Shown here piece after piece: positions 9,603 to 18,789 of a stretch of 44,722 nt of DNA (position 1 is its first letter; every line of letters starts with the position of its first letter). This DNA comes from Burkholderiales bacterium (GTDB taxonomy: Bacteria; Pseudomonadota; Gammaproteobacteria; Burkholderiales; SG8-39). The stretch is from assembly GCA_036390555.1 (NCBI GenBank), contig DASWBP010000090.1:1-44722 (forward strand), in the 5' to 3' direction. A model generated the notes under the pieces. It saw nothing but the letters and a program-made list of their open reading frames with translations. It did not search any database and had not been told where the DNA came from. A program made the translations under genes and the position numbers.

Positions 9603-10532
9603 CTAGGCGTTGTCGGGCGGCAGCGGCGTCTTCGAGGCGAACTGCGCCCAGGCGACGCCCGCCATGGTGATGGTGGCGCCGGCGACTTTGAGCCACGTGA
9701 AGGTCTCGCCAATCGTCATCCAGGCCGTGAGCCCGGCGATCGGCGGCATGAGGTACTGCATGGGCGCCGTGCGCGCCAGCCCGCGCACCGAGTTGATCCA
9801 CGCCCAGGCGAGCCAGCCGAGGAAGGAGGAGACCGCGATCGCCCAGAAGGTGGCGAACCACACGCCCGCGCTTACCTGCGCGAGCGGCGCGTCCACGAAG
9901 GCGTTGAGCGTGAGCAGCAGCATCGGCGGTGCGCCGAAGAGCAGCGAATAGCACATCAGGTTGAGCGGCCCGTACTTCGTGACGAGCGGCTTCGCGATCA
10001 CGGTGTAGAGCGAGAAGAGCGACGCGGCAAGGAGCAGGATGAGGTCGCCGAAGCCCGCGCGCGCGAAGCCCGCGGCGAACTTGTCCGAGAGGAAGACGAC
10101 GATGCCGGCGAAGGCGAGGAGCGTGCCGACCACCTGCGGGCGGTGCAGGCGCTCGGCGCCGAGCAGCGCGAGGATCAGCAGCGTGAAAAGCGGGCTCGAG
10201 GTGAGCACGAGCGACGAGGAAAACGGCGTCGAGAGATCGATGCCCCACATCACGATGCCGACGTGCGCGGTGTGGCCGATGAGGCCCGCGGCAACGAAGC
10301 GCGGCAGGTCCTCGCGTCGCGGCCAGGACTTGGCGAGGTGGCGCCGGTATACCGCCACGAGCAGCGCGAAGCCGAGGAGCGGCATCGCGAGGAAGCGCAG
10401 GAACAGGAACGGCGCCACGCCCAGGTCGGCAAGCACCACCTTGGTGACGACGAAGTTGACGCCCCACACCAGCATCACGGCGAGGCCGGCGATGAGCGCC
10501 CACTGCTGCGTCGAAATCCGGCTGAGGGCCAT
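9603..10532 (-). CDS. DMT superfamily (EamA-like) transporter
   Basis: 309 aa with about 10 TM segments and duplicated EamA-type halves. Confidence 0.85.
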   Translation of the reverse strand: MALSRISTQQWALIAGLAVMLVWGVNFVVTKVVLADLGVAPFLFLRFLAMPLLGFALLVAVYRRHLAKSWPRREDLPRFVAAGLIGHTAHVGIVMWGIDLSTPFSSSLVLTSSPLFTLLILALLGAERLHRPQVVGTLLAFAGIVVFLSDKFAAGFARAGFGDLILLLAASLFSLYTVIAKPLVTKYGPLNLMCYSLLFGAPPMLLLTLNAFVDAPLAQVSAGVWFATFWAIAVSSFLGWLAWAWINSVRGLARTAPMQYLMPPIAGLTAWMTIGETFTWLKVAGATITMAGVAWAQFASKTPLPPDNA

Positions 10533-10639
10533 CGGGGGGAGGGCGCATTGTACGGTGGGTCAGCTGATCCTCCGGCCCATTGAGAACGGCAATCCGCTGG
10601 CGCTCGCGGCGATGCGCCGGCGCACCCTACAATGACGCC

Positions 10640-11866
10640 ATGAAGCCGGAAGAACCCCAGCCGCTCGCCGCGCGCGCGGCAGTGCGCGCGCTCGGCGCCT
10701 CCAAGATCCGCGAGCTGGTCAACGCCGGCTTCGGCCGCAAGGACGTGCTGCCGTTCTGGGTGGGCGAGCCCGACGAGCCGACGCCCGATTTCATCCGCAA
10801 GGCGGGCATCGCCTCGATCGAAGCGGGCGAAGTGTTCTACTCGCACAACCTCGGCCTGCACAAATTGCGCGAGGCGCTCGCCGCCTACCTCACGCGGCTG
10901 CACCGCCCGACGATGGCCGCCGAGATCGCGGTGACGAGCGCAGGCGTGAACGCGCTGATGCTCGTCTCGCAGCTGCTGCTCGACCCCGGCGACCGCGTCG
11001 TGGAAGTGGTGCCGCTCTGGCCGAACCTGCAGGAGATTCCGCGCATCCTCGGCGCGAGCGTCGCCACCGTGCCGCTGGCGTTCTCGCCCAAGGGGTGGCG
11101 CCTGGACCTCGAGCGCCTGCTCGGCGAGCTCGAGCCCGGCACCAAGGCGCTGTACCTCAATTCGCCCAACAACCCCACGGGCTGGACGATCTCTCGCGAC
11201 GCGCAGCGCGCAATCCTCGAGCACTGCCGGCGCCACGGCATCTGGATCTTCGCCGACGATGCCTACGAGCGCCTTTATTACGGCGGCGGCGGGGATGCCG
11301 CGGGCGTTGACAAGGACGCCCCGGCCGGCGCGAGCGTCGCGCCGTCGTTCCTCGATCTCGCGGAAGCCGGCGAGCGCGTCATCAGCACCAACACCTTCTC
11401 CAAGAGCTGGCTGATGACGGGCTGGCGGCTGGGCTGGGCGGTGGTGCCCGCCGCGCTCGAGGCCGATCTCGGCAAGCTCATCGAATACAACACGTCCTGC
11501 GCGCCGGTGTTCGTGCAGCGCGCCGGCATTGCCGCGGTGACGCAGGGCGAGCCTGTGATCGCGCACACGCTCGCGCGCTTTCGCAAGGCGCGCGACTTCC
11601 TGGTGGGCGAGCTGCGCAGGCTCCCGGGCGTGGAGGTCGCGCTGCCCTCGGGCACCATGTACGCGTTCTTCCGCGTGCAAGGCGTGACCGACAGCCTCGC
11701 CTTCTGCAAGAAGCTCGTCGCGGGCTACGGCTTGGGCCTCGCGCCCGGCGCGGCCTTCGGCCCGCAGGGCGAGGGCTTCGTGCGCTGGTGTTTCGCTGCG
11801 GGCGAGGACAAGCTCGCCGAAGGCGTCGCAAGATTGAAGAAGGCCCTGGAGGAGGGAACCCGATGA
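10640..11866 (+). CDS. class I/II pyridoxal-phosphate-dependent aminotransferase (aspartate/aromatic-type)
   Basis: LNSPNNPTGW motif and PLP-lysine motif TFSKSWLMTGWRLGW. ATG at 10640. Confidence 0.9.
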   Translation: MKPEEPQPLAARAAVRALGASKIRELVNAGFGRKDVLPFWVGEPDEPTPDFIRKAGIASIEAGEVFYSHNLGLHKLREALAAYLTRLHRPTMAAEIAVTSAGVNALMLVSQLLLDPGDRVVEVVPLWPNLQEIPRILGASVATVPLAFSPKGWRLDLERLLGELEPGTKALYLNSPNNPTGWTISRDAQRAILEHCRRHGIWIFADDAYERLYYGGGGDAAGVDKDAPAGASVAPSFLDLAEAGERVISTNTFSKSWLMTGWRLGWAVVPAALEADLGKLIEYNTSCAPVFVQRAGIAAVTQGEPVIAHTLARFRKARDFLVGELRRLPGVEVALPSGTMYAFFRVQGVTDSLAFCKKLVAGYGLGLAPGAAFGPQGEGFVRWCFAAGEDKLAEGVARLKKALEEGTR

Positions 11867-12825
11867 TTCGCTTACTGCTTTTTGCGCTGCTTGCCGCCTG
11901 CGCGCCGTTCCTGGCCGCGCAGACTTACCCCGCCAAGACCGTGCGGGTCGTGATCCCGTATCCGCCCGGCGGCGGCGCCGAAGCGGCCGCGCGCCTTCTC
12001 ACCCTGCACCTCACGCAGGCGCTCGGGCAGTCCTTCGTCATCGATCCCAAGCCCGGCGGCAACACGCTGATCGGCACGGAGCAGGTGGCGAAGTCGCCCG
12101 CGGACGGCTACACGCTGCTGTTCACCGGCGGCTCGACCATGTCGGTGCAGCCCTTCGTCTTCCCCGGCAAGCTGCCGTACGACCCGCTGAACGACTTCGC
12201 GGCCGTCTCGATGGTGTCGCGCTTTCCGTTCTTCGTCGTCGTTCCCGAGAGCGTGCCCGCGAAGAGCCTCGCGGAGTTCGTCGCCATTGCCAAGGCGAAG
12301 CCCGGGCAGGTGGCCTACGCCTCCAACGGCACCGGCGCGCTCGCGCACCTCGGCACCGAGATGCTGAGCCGCGGCACCGGCATCGAGATGCTGCACGTGC
12401 CCTACAAGGGCTTCGGCCCGGCGCTGCCGGACCTGCTCTCCGGGCGCGTGAGCCTGATGATGGCCGACTGGGTGGTGGTGGCGCCGCACATCAAGGAAGG
12501 CAAGCTGCGCGCGCTCGCGGTGACCTCGCGCAACCGCTGGAACTCGGCGCCCGACGTGCCCACCGTGGCCGAGGTCGCCATCCCGGGCTACGCGGTGGAC
12601 GTGTGGTTCGCGCTTTATGCGCCGAAAGGCACGCCGGCGGACATCCTCGCGCGCCTGGGCGACGAAACGCGCAAGTACCTCGCCTCATCGGAGGCGAAGG
12701 CCGCCTACGACAAGCTCGGCCACGAGGCCTACGGCTCGCCGGGCGAGGAAGTGATGGCGCTGGTGCGCGCCGAGCACGCCAAGTACTCGGTCGCGGTGCG
12801 CGAGGCGAAGGTCTCCGCCAAGTAA
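11863..12825 (+). CDS. Bug/TctC-family tripartite tricarboxylate transporter substrate-binding protein
   Basis: Signal peptide MIRLLLFALLAACAPFLAAQ, then YPAKTVRVVIPYPPGGG. ATG overlaps the aminotransferase stop (ATGA). Confidence 0.9.
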   Translation: MIRLLLFALLAACAPFLAAQTYPAKTVRVVIPYPPGGGAEAAARLLTLHLTQALGQSFVIDPKPGGNTLIGTEQVAKSPADGYTLLFTGGSTMSVQPFVFPGKLPYDPLNDFAAVSMVSRFPFFVVVPESVPAKSLAEFVAIAKAKPGQVAYASNGTGALAHLGTEMLSRGTGIEMLHVPYKGFGPALPDLLSGRVSLMMADWVVVAPHIKEGKLRALAVTSRNRWNSAPDVPTVAEVAIPGYAVDVWFALYAPKGTPADILARLGDETRKYLASSEAKAAYDKLGHEAYGSPGEEVMALVRAEHAKYSVAVREAKVSAK

Positions 12826-12891
12826 CGCACCCGTAGTTTCGCCGCAGGGCACTGGCGTCCGCCCGGTCGGGCCCGCAAGCGCTGCGCTGCT

Positions 12892-12947
12892 CGTGCGCAT
12901 CATTTGCGTGCGCGCGCACCAAGTGCGTGCGTGCCACCCGCGTGCGC
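12892..12947 (+). promoter_or_regulatory. candidate NtrC-type enhancer (cluster of GCAC/GTGC half-sites)
   Basis: GCACCaagtgcGTGC at 12916-12930 has the 11-nt GCAC-to-GTGC offset of the TGCACC-N5-GGTGCA type. Further GTGCG repeats flank it. An AT-rich stretch (12948-12975) separates it from the sigma54 promoter. Confidence 0.45.
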
Positions 12948-12984
12948 TTTTCGATTTTCTCTTTGCATTCATGAGCTAGGCCGC

Positions 12985-12999
12985 TGGCACGCTCGTTGC
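12985..12999 (+). promoter_or_regulatory. sigma54 (RpoN) -24/-12 promoter of the urt-ure block
   Basis: TGGCAC-gctcg-TTGC matches TGGCAC-N5-TTGC exactly. It lies 44 nt upstream of the urtA ATG. Confidence 0.8.
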
Positions 13000-13042
13000 G
13001 TTTCCCCCTCCGCGTAGTCCGACCAACCAACAAGGGGAAGCT

Positions 13043-14329
13043 ATGAAGCGCCGTGGCGTATTGAAGATGCTGGGGATGTCGGCCGCGATCGCGGCCATCG
13101 GGCTCGGGTCGTCGAGCCTGTACGCGCAGCAAAAGACCATCAAGGTCGGGATTCTGCATTCGCTGTCGGGAACGATGGCAATCAGCGAGACCGTGCTGAA
13201 GGACACCGTGCTGATGGCGGTGGACGAGATCAACGCCAAGGGCGGCGTGCTGGGCATGAAGCTCGAGCCCGTGGTGGTGGACCCGGCCTCGAACTGGCCG
13301 CTGTTCGCCGAGAAGGCGCGCCAGCTCATCACCCAGGACAAGGTGGCCGTGGTGTTCGGCTGCTGGACCTCGGTGTCGAGGAAGTCCGTGCTGCCGGTGT
13401 TCGAGGAGCTGAACAGCCTGCTCTTCTACCCGGTGCAGTACGAGGGCGAGGAGATCTCGAAGAACGTGTTCTACACGGGCGCCGCGCCCAACCAGCAGGC
13501 GATCCCGGCGGTCGAGTACCTGATGTCGAAGGACGGCGGCTCGGCCAAGCGCTGGGTGCTGCTGGGCACCGACTACGTCTATCCGCGCACGACCAACAAG
13601 ATCCTGCGCGCGTTCCTCAAGTCCAAGGGCGTGGCGGAAGCCGACATCATGGAGGAGTACACCCCGTTCGGGCACTCCGACTACCAGACCATCATCGCCA
13701 AGATCAAGAAGTTCGCCTCCGAGGGCAAGAAGACGGCGGTGGTCTCCACGATCAACGGAGACTCCAACGTCCCTTTCTACAAGGAGCTGGGCAACCAGGG
13801 CCTGAAGGCGACCGATGTGCCGGTGGTGGCGTTCTCGGTCGGTGAGGAAGAGCTGCGCGGCGTGGACACCAAGCCGCTCGTCGGCCACCTCGCGGCGTGG
13901 AACTACTTCATGTCCATCAAGAACCCGGAGAACACGGCCTTCACCAAGAAGTGGGCCGACTACGCGAAAGCGAAGAGCATCGCCGGCCACAAGGACAAGC
14001 CGCTCACCAACGATCCCATGGAAGCCACCTACATCGGCGTGTACATGTGGAAGCAGGCCGTGGAGAAGGCGAAGTCCGTCGAGGTGGACAAGGTGCGCCC
14101 GGCCGTCTACGGCCAGACCTTCAAGGCGCCCTCGGGCATCATCTCCAAGATGGACGAGAAGAACCACCACCTGCACAAGGCCGTGTTCATCGGCGAGGTG
14201 AAGGCGGATGGCCAGTTCAACGTCGTTTGGAAGACCAAGGGCCCGGTGAAAGCCCAGCCCTGGAGCCCGTTCATTCCGGGCAACGACAAGAAGAAGGACG
14301 AGCCGGCCCTCATGGCGGAGAAGAAGTAG
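13043..14329 (+). CDS. urtA: urea ABC transporter substrate-binding protein
   Basis: 428 aa with an RRGVLKML twin-arginine-like signal. First gene of the urtABCDE order, followed by urease genes. Confidence 0.93.
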   Translation: MKRRGVLKMLGMSAAIAAIGLGSSSLYAQQKTIKVGILHSLSGTMAISETVLKDTVLMAVDEINAKGGVLGMKLEPVVVDPASNWPLFAEKARQLITQDKVAVVFGCWTSVSRKSVLPVFEELNSLLFYPVQYEGEEISKNVFYTGAAPNQQAIPAVEYLMSKDGGSAKRWVLLGTDYVYPRTTNKILRAFLKSKGVAEADIMEEYTPFGHSDYQTIIAKIKKFASEGKKTAVVSTINGDSNVPFYKELGNQGLKATDVPVVAFSVGEEELRGVDTKPLVGHLAAWNYFMSIKNPENTAFTKKWADYAKAKSIAGHKDKPLTNDPMEATYIGVYMWKQAVEKAKSVEVDKVRPAVYGQTFKAPSGIISKMDEKNHHLHKAVFIGEVKADGQFNVVWKTKGPVKAQPWSPFIPGNDKKKDEPALMAEKK

Positions 14330-14349
14330 GGCGGCAGGCACCACGGGAA

Positions 14350-14374
14350 GGGGCCGCCAGCGCGGCCCCTTTTC
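14350..14374 (+). terminator. intra-operon hairpin with T-run between urtA and urtB (partial terminator/attenuator)
   Basis: GGGGCCGC-cagc-GCGGCCCC followed by TTTT. It ends 3 nt before the urtB ATG. Confidence 0.55.
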
Positions 14375-14376
14375 AC

Positions 14377-15942
14377 ATGCGCCTCTTCCTGCTCCTCCTC
14401 TTCTTCCTCGCCGCCCCAGCGGCCGCGCTCGACCCGGCGGCGTTGGAGAAGCTCGCGACCGGCGATGGCGACGAGAGAATCGCTGCGATCGGCGCACTGG
14501 CGGCCGAAGCCGATCCGCGCGCGCTCGAGGTGCTCAAGGCCTTTGCCGAAGGCGAATTGCAGACCGCCGGCAAGCGCGTTCTGATCGTGCGTGGCGAGGA
14601 GGCCGTGGATGCAGCCACCGGCGAGAAGGTCTCGCCGTTGCCCGCCGAGCGCGAGGACGTGGTGGCGAACAATCGCCTGCGCAGCGCGGCGGCAGACGCG
14701 ATGGCGGGACTGCGGCTGTTCGCGCCGGAGCGCGCGCCGAGGCTTGCCGCGGCGAAGGAGCTCGCCGCGGGCGCCGACGCTGGGATGCTGCCGCTCATCA
14801 GGAAGGCGCTCGAGCGCGAGAAGGACCCCGAAATCCTGCCGCTGCTCGAGCTCGCGGCGGCCTCGATGGAGATGAAAGACGGCGACAAGGCGCAGAAGCT
14901 CGCCGCCATCCGCACGCTGGGCGAGTCGGCGAGCCCAAACTCCAAGACGCTGCTTGCCGAAGCCGCGCGCGACGCCGACGAGGAGATCAGCCTCGAGGCG
15001 CAGAAGGGCCTGCGCGCGGTCGAGGGGCGCCTGGCCTGGGGCGAGCGCGCGGGATTGCTCTTCGCGGGCATCTCGCTCGGCTCGATCCTGCTGCTGGCAG
15101 CGCTCGGCCTGGCGATCACCTACGGCCTGATGGGCGTGATCAACATGGCGCACGGCGAGCTGATCATGATCGGCGCCTACGCCACCTACGTCGTGCAGAA
15201 CCTCTTCCGCGCCTATTTGCCGGCAGCCTTCGACTGGTACCTGCTCGCTGCGGTGCCCGCGGCGTTCCTCGTCTCGGCCTGCGTGGGGATGGTGCTCGAG
15301 CGCTCCGTGATCCGCTGGCTCTACGGCCGGCCGCTCGAGACGCTGCTCGCCACCTGGGGCATCAGCCTGGTGCTCATCCAGGCGGTGCGCACGCTCTTCG
15401 GCGCGCAGAACGTGCAGGTGGAGAACCCCGCCTTCATGTCGGGCGGCATCCAGGTGCTCTCCAACGTGGTGCTGCCCTGGAGCCGCATCATGATCATCGT
15501 CTTCGCGGCGCTCGTGCTCGCGGGCATGTGGGCGCTGCTCACCAAGACGCGCCTTGGCCTCTTCGTGCGCGGCGTGACGCAGAACCGCGCCATGGCCTCC
15601 TGCGTCGGTGTGCCCACCGCGCGCGTGGACACCTGGGCCTTCGGCCTGGGCTCGGGCATCGCGGGGCTTGCCGGCTGCGCGCTCTCGCAGCTGGGCAACG
15701 TAGGGCCCGACCTCGGCCAGGCCTACATCGTGGACTCCTTCATGGTGGTGGTGTTCGGCGGCGTGGGGCAGCTCGCCGGCACGGTCTACGCCGCGCTCAC
15801 GCTCGGCTTCGCCAACAAGCTCCTCGAGTCCTGGTCGGGCGCGGTGCTCGCCAAGATCGCGGTGCTCGTCTTCATCATCTTCTTCATCCAGCGCCGCCCG
15901 CAGGGCCTCTTCGCGCTGAAAGGGCGCGCGGTGGAGGCATGA
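14377..15942 (+). CDS. urtB: urea ABC transporter permease UrtB with a roughly 226-aa N-terminal HEAT-like repeat domain
   Basis: 521 aa. Signal peptide MRLFLLLLFFLAAPAAA, then Ala/Leu-rich helical repeats, then a LivH-type permease core (LMGVINMAHGE). Confidence 0.9.
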   Translation: MRLFLLLLFFLAAPAAALDPAALEKLATGDGDERIAAIGALAAEADPRALEVLKAFAEGELQTAGKRVLIVRGEEAVDAATGEKVSPLPAEREDVVANNRLRSAAADAMAGLRLFAPERAPRLAAAKELAAGADAGMLPLIRKALEREKDPEILPLLELAAASMEMKDGDKAQKLAAIRTLGESASPNSKTLLAEAARDADEEISLEAQKGLRAVEGRLAWGERAGLLFAGISLGSILLLAALGLAITYGLMGVINMAHGELIMIGAYATYVVQNLFRAYLPAAFDWYLLAAVPAAFLVSACVGMVLERSVIRWLYGRPLETLLATWGISLVLIQAVRTLFGAQNVQVENPAFMSGGIQVLSNVVLPWSRIMIIVFAALVLAGMWALLTKTRLGLFVRGVTQNRAMASCVGVPTARVDTWAFGLGSGIAGLAGCALSQLGNVGPDLGQAYIVDSFMVVVFGGVGQLAGTVYAALTLGFANKLLESWSGAVLAKIAVLVFIIFFIQRRPQGLFALKGRAVEA

Positions 15943-17207
15943 CGCGTCTCTACGGCACAAAGGGCTGGATGGCGATCGCGGCAAGCGCGCTGGTGCTGTT
16001 CGTCGTCTTCCCGCTTCTCAGCCTCGCGGTGCCGCAGGGCAGCCCGCTTCACCTCTCGCAATACTGGGTGACGCTCATCGGCAAGATCATGTGCTACGCC
16101 ATCGTCGCCATCGCGATGGACCTGATCTGGGGCTATTGCGGCATCCTCTCGCTCGGCCACGGCCTGTTCTTCGCGCTGGGCGGTTACGGCATGGGCATGT
16201 ACCTCATGCGCCAGATCGGCCGCGAAGGCCAGTACCAGTCGGATCTCCCGGACTTCATGGTGTTCCTCGACTGGAAGGCGCTGCCCTGGCAGTGGTGGAA
16301 CTCCGACCAGTTCTGGTGGGCGATGCTGCTGGTGGTCGCGGTGCCGGGGCTGCTCGCCTTCGTCTTCGGCTACTTCGCCTTCCGCTCGCGCGTGAAGGGC
16401 GTGTATTTCTCGATCATCACGCAGGCGCTCACCTTCGCCGCGATGCTGCTCTTCTTCAGGAACAACACCGGCTTCGGCGGCAACAACGGCTTCACCGACT
16501 TCAAGCGCATCCTCGGCTTCGCCATCACCACGCCCGAGACACGCATGGCGCTCTTCGCCATCACCGGCGCGGCGCTGATCGGCACGCTGCTGCTCGCGCG
16601 CTGGATCGTCACCTCCAAGCTCGGGCGCGTGCTCACCGCGATCCGCGACGCCGAGACGCGCGTGGCCTTCTGCGGCTACGACACAGTGCACTACAAGGTC
16701 GCGATCTTCACGCTCTCGGCGGTGCTCTGCGGCATTGCCGGCGCGCTCTACGTGCCGCAGGTCGGCATCATCAACCCGAGCGAGATGTCCCCCGCGAACT
16801 CGATCGAGATCGCCATCTGGGTGGCGCTCGGTGGCCGCGGCACGCTGGTAGGGCCGATCCTCGGCGCGGGCGTGGTGAACGGCGCGAAGAGCTACTTCAC
16901 GCAGGCCTACCCGGAGTACTGGCTCTTCTTCCTCGGGCTGATCTTCATCCTCGCGACGCTCTTCCTGCCGAAGGGCATCGCCGGACTGGCGCAGCAGTGG
17001 CGCGAGCGGCGCGCGCGCAGGAGGGCCGCCGCGAAGACGGCGACTCGGCCTGGGACGGCGCGCGCGGAGGCACACCCCGCAGCATCAGCAGGCGCACATG
17101 CCGCAGCACGTGCTGAAGCGGCGGCCGCCCGCACGCGCCCTGCCCGCGAAGCGGCGGCTGAGCGGCGCGACGACCCGGGAATGGCAGCCGAAAGGGGGCG
17201 CGCATGA
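15939..17207 (+). CDS. urtC: urea ABC transporter permease UrtC
   Basis: ATG overlaps the urtB stop (ATGA). LivM-type core (IWGYCGILSLGHG). Roughly 65-aa Ala/Arg-rich C-terminal tail. Confidence 0.9.
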   Translation: MTRLYGTKGWMAIAASALVLFVVFPLLSLAVPQGSPLHLSQYWVTLIGKIMCYAIVAIAMDLIWGYCGILSLGHGLFFALGGYGMGMYLMRQIGREGQYQSDLPDFMVFLDWKALPWQWWNSDQFWWAMLLVVAVPGLLAFVFGYFAFRSRVKGVYFSIITQALTFAAMLLFFRNNTGFGGNNGFTDFKRILGFAITTPETRMALFAITGAALIGTLLLARWIVTSKLGRVLTAIRDAETRVAFCGYDTVHYKVAIFTLSAVLCGIAGALYVPQVGIINPSEMSPANSIEIAIWVALGGRGTLVGPILGAGVVNGAKSYFTQAYPEYWLFFLGLIFILATLFLPKGIAGLAQQWRERRARRRAAAKTATRPGTARAEAHPAASAGAHAAARAEAAAARTRPAREAAAERRDDPGMAAERGRA

Positions 17208-18013
17208 CCAGCGCGGTGGCGGCGAACGAGAGCGGCGCGCTCGGCCGCGTCGCGAAAGGCGGGCTCGACACCACGCACGGCGCGGTGCTCTACCTGGAGG
17301 ATATCTCCGTCTCCTTCGACGGCTTCCAGGCGCTGAAACAGCTCTCGCTCTCCATCGACGTGGGCGAGCTGCGCTGCGTGATCGGCCCCAACGGCGCGGG
17401 CAAGACCACCATGATGGACGTGATCACCGGCAAGACGCGGCCCGACGCGGGCAGCGCGTTCTTCGGCCAGACCTACGATCTGACGAGGATGTCGGACGCG
17501 GAGATCGCGCACGCCGGCATCGGCCGCAAGTTCCAGAAGCCCACCATCTTCGAGAACCACACGGTGTTCGAGAACCTCGAGCTCGCGATGAAGGCCGACA
17601 AGCGCGTGCGCCGCACACTGCTGGCGAAGCTTTCGGACCTCGAGCGCGACCGCATCGCGCAGACGCTGCGCACCATCCGGCTCGACGACGCGGCCGACCG
17701 TATCGCGGGGCTGCTCTCGCACGGCCAGAAGCAGTGGCTCGAGATCGGCATGTTGCTCATGCAGGAACCCAGGCTCCTGCTGCTCGACGAGCCGGTGGCG
17801 GGCATGTCGGACGAGGAGACCGAGCGCACGGCGGAGCTGTTCCTCTCGCTCGCCGGACAGCACTCGCTGGTGGTGGTCGAGCACGACATGGCCTTCATCG
17901 AGAAGATCGCGCGCAAGGTGACGGTGCTGCACGAGGGCAGTGTCCTCGCGGAGGGCCCGATGGCGCAGGTGCAGACCGATCCGCGCGTGATCGAGGTGTA
18001 TCTTGGACGCTGA
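17204..18013 (+). CDS. urtD: urea ABC transporter ATP-binding protein UrtD
   Basis: Walker A GPNGAGKTT, signature LSHGQKQWLEIG, Walker B LLLLDEP. ATGA overlap with urtC. Confidence 0.93.
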   Translation: MTSAVAANESGALGRVAKGGLDTTHGAVLYLEDISVSFDGFQALKQLSLSIDVGELRCVIGPNGAGKTTMMDVITGKTRPDAGSAFFGQTYDLTRMSDAEIAHAGIGRKFQKPTIFENHTVFENLELAMKADKRVRRTLLAKLSDLERDRIAQTLRTIRLDDAADRIAGLLSHGQKQWLEIGMLLMQEPRLLLLDEPVAGMSDEETERTAELFLSLAGQHSLVVVEHDMAFIEKIARKVTVLHEGSVLAEGPMAQVQTDPRVIEVYLGR

Positions 18014-18074
18014 ACTTGCCGTGGGGCATGAAGCTGCTGCGGGCCGCGAGCGCCGGGCGGGCCGGGACCGTGCG

Positions 18075-18782
18075 GTGGGCCAAGGGCCCACCCTGCATGT
18101 CGAAGGCTTGAACCAGTTCTACGGCGGCAGCCACATCCTGCGCGACCTCTCCTTCGAGGTGCCCGCGGGCAAGGTAACCGCGCTCCTCGGCAGGAACGGC
18201 GTGGGCAAGACGACGCTGCTCAAGACGCTGATGGGCCTGGTGCCCGCGAGAAGCGGCGAGATCCGCTTCGGCGGCAAGGCGCTTACGCACGCCGCGCCCT
18301 ACGAGCGCGTGCGCGCGGGCATCGGCTACGTGCCGCAGGGGCGCGAGATCTTTCCGCGTCTCACCGTGGCGGAGAACCTCGAGATGGGTCTGGCGACCCG
18401 GCCGCGCGGCGCAAGAGTGCCCGAGCGCATCCTGGAGATGTTCCCCGTGCTCGGGCAGATGATGCGCCGGCGCGGCGGCGACCTCTCGGGCGGCCAGCAG
18501 CAGCAGCTTGCCATCGGCCGCGCGCTCGCCATGGGGCCGAAGCTGCTGATCCTCGACGAGCCGACGGAAGGCATCCAGCCCTCGATCATCAAGGACATCG
18601 AGCGCGCGATCCGCGCGCTGGCGGCAGCGGGCGACATGGCGATCCTGCTCTGCGAGCAGTACTACGACTTTGCGCGCTCGCTCGCCGACCAGTACCTGGT
18701 GATGGAGCGCGGCGAGATCATCGCGCGCGGCGCCGGCGCCGACATGGAACACGACGGAGTGAAGGGCCTGCTCGCAGTATGA
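18075..18782 (+). CDS. urtE: urea ABC transporter ATP-binding protein UrtE
   Basis: LNQFYGGSHILRD, Walker A GRNGVGKTT, signature LSGGQQQQLAIG. Start is uncertain: GTG 18075 fits typical length best; TTG 18003 and GTG 18021 are also in frame. Confidence 0.88.
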   Translation: MGQGPTLHVEGLNQFYGGSHILRDLSFEVPAGKVTALLGRNGVGKTTLLKTLMGLVPARSGEIRFGGKALTHAAPYERVRAGIGYVPQGREIFPRLTVAENLEMGLATRPRGARVPERILEMFPVLGQMMRRRGGDLSGGQQQQLAIGRALAMGPKLLILDEPTEGIQPSIIKDIERAIRALAAAGDMAILLCEQYYDFARSLADQYLVMERGEIIARGAGADMEHDGVKGLLAV

Positions 18783-18789
18783 TCCCCTC

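Noticed and set aside
12491-17075. Long minus-strand ORFs (668, 625 and 429 aa) across urtA-urtC
   Set aside because: They are antisense to strongly supported urt genes. Composition is dominated by R, H, G, E and D, and no domain motifs are visible.
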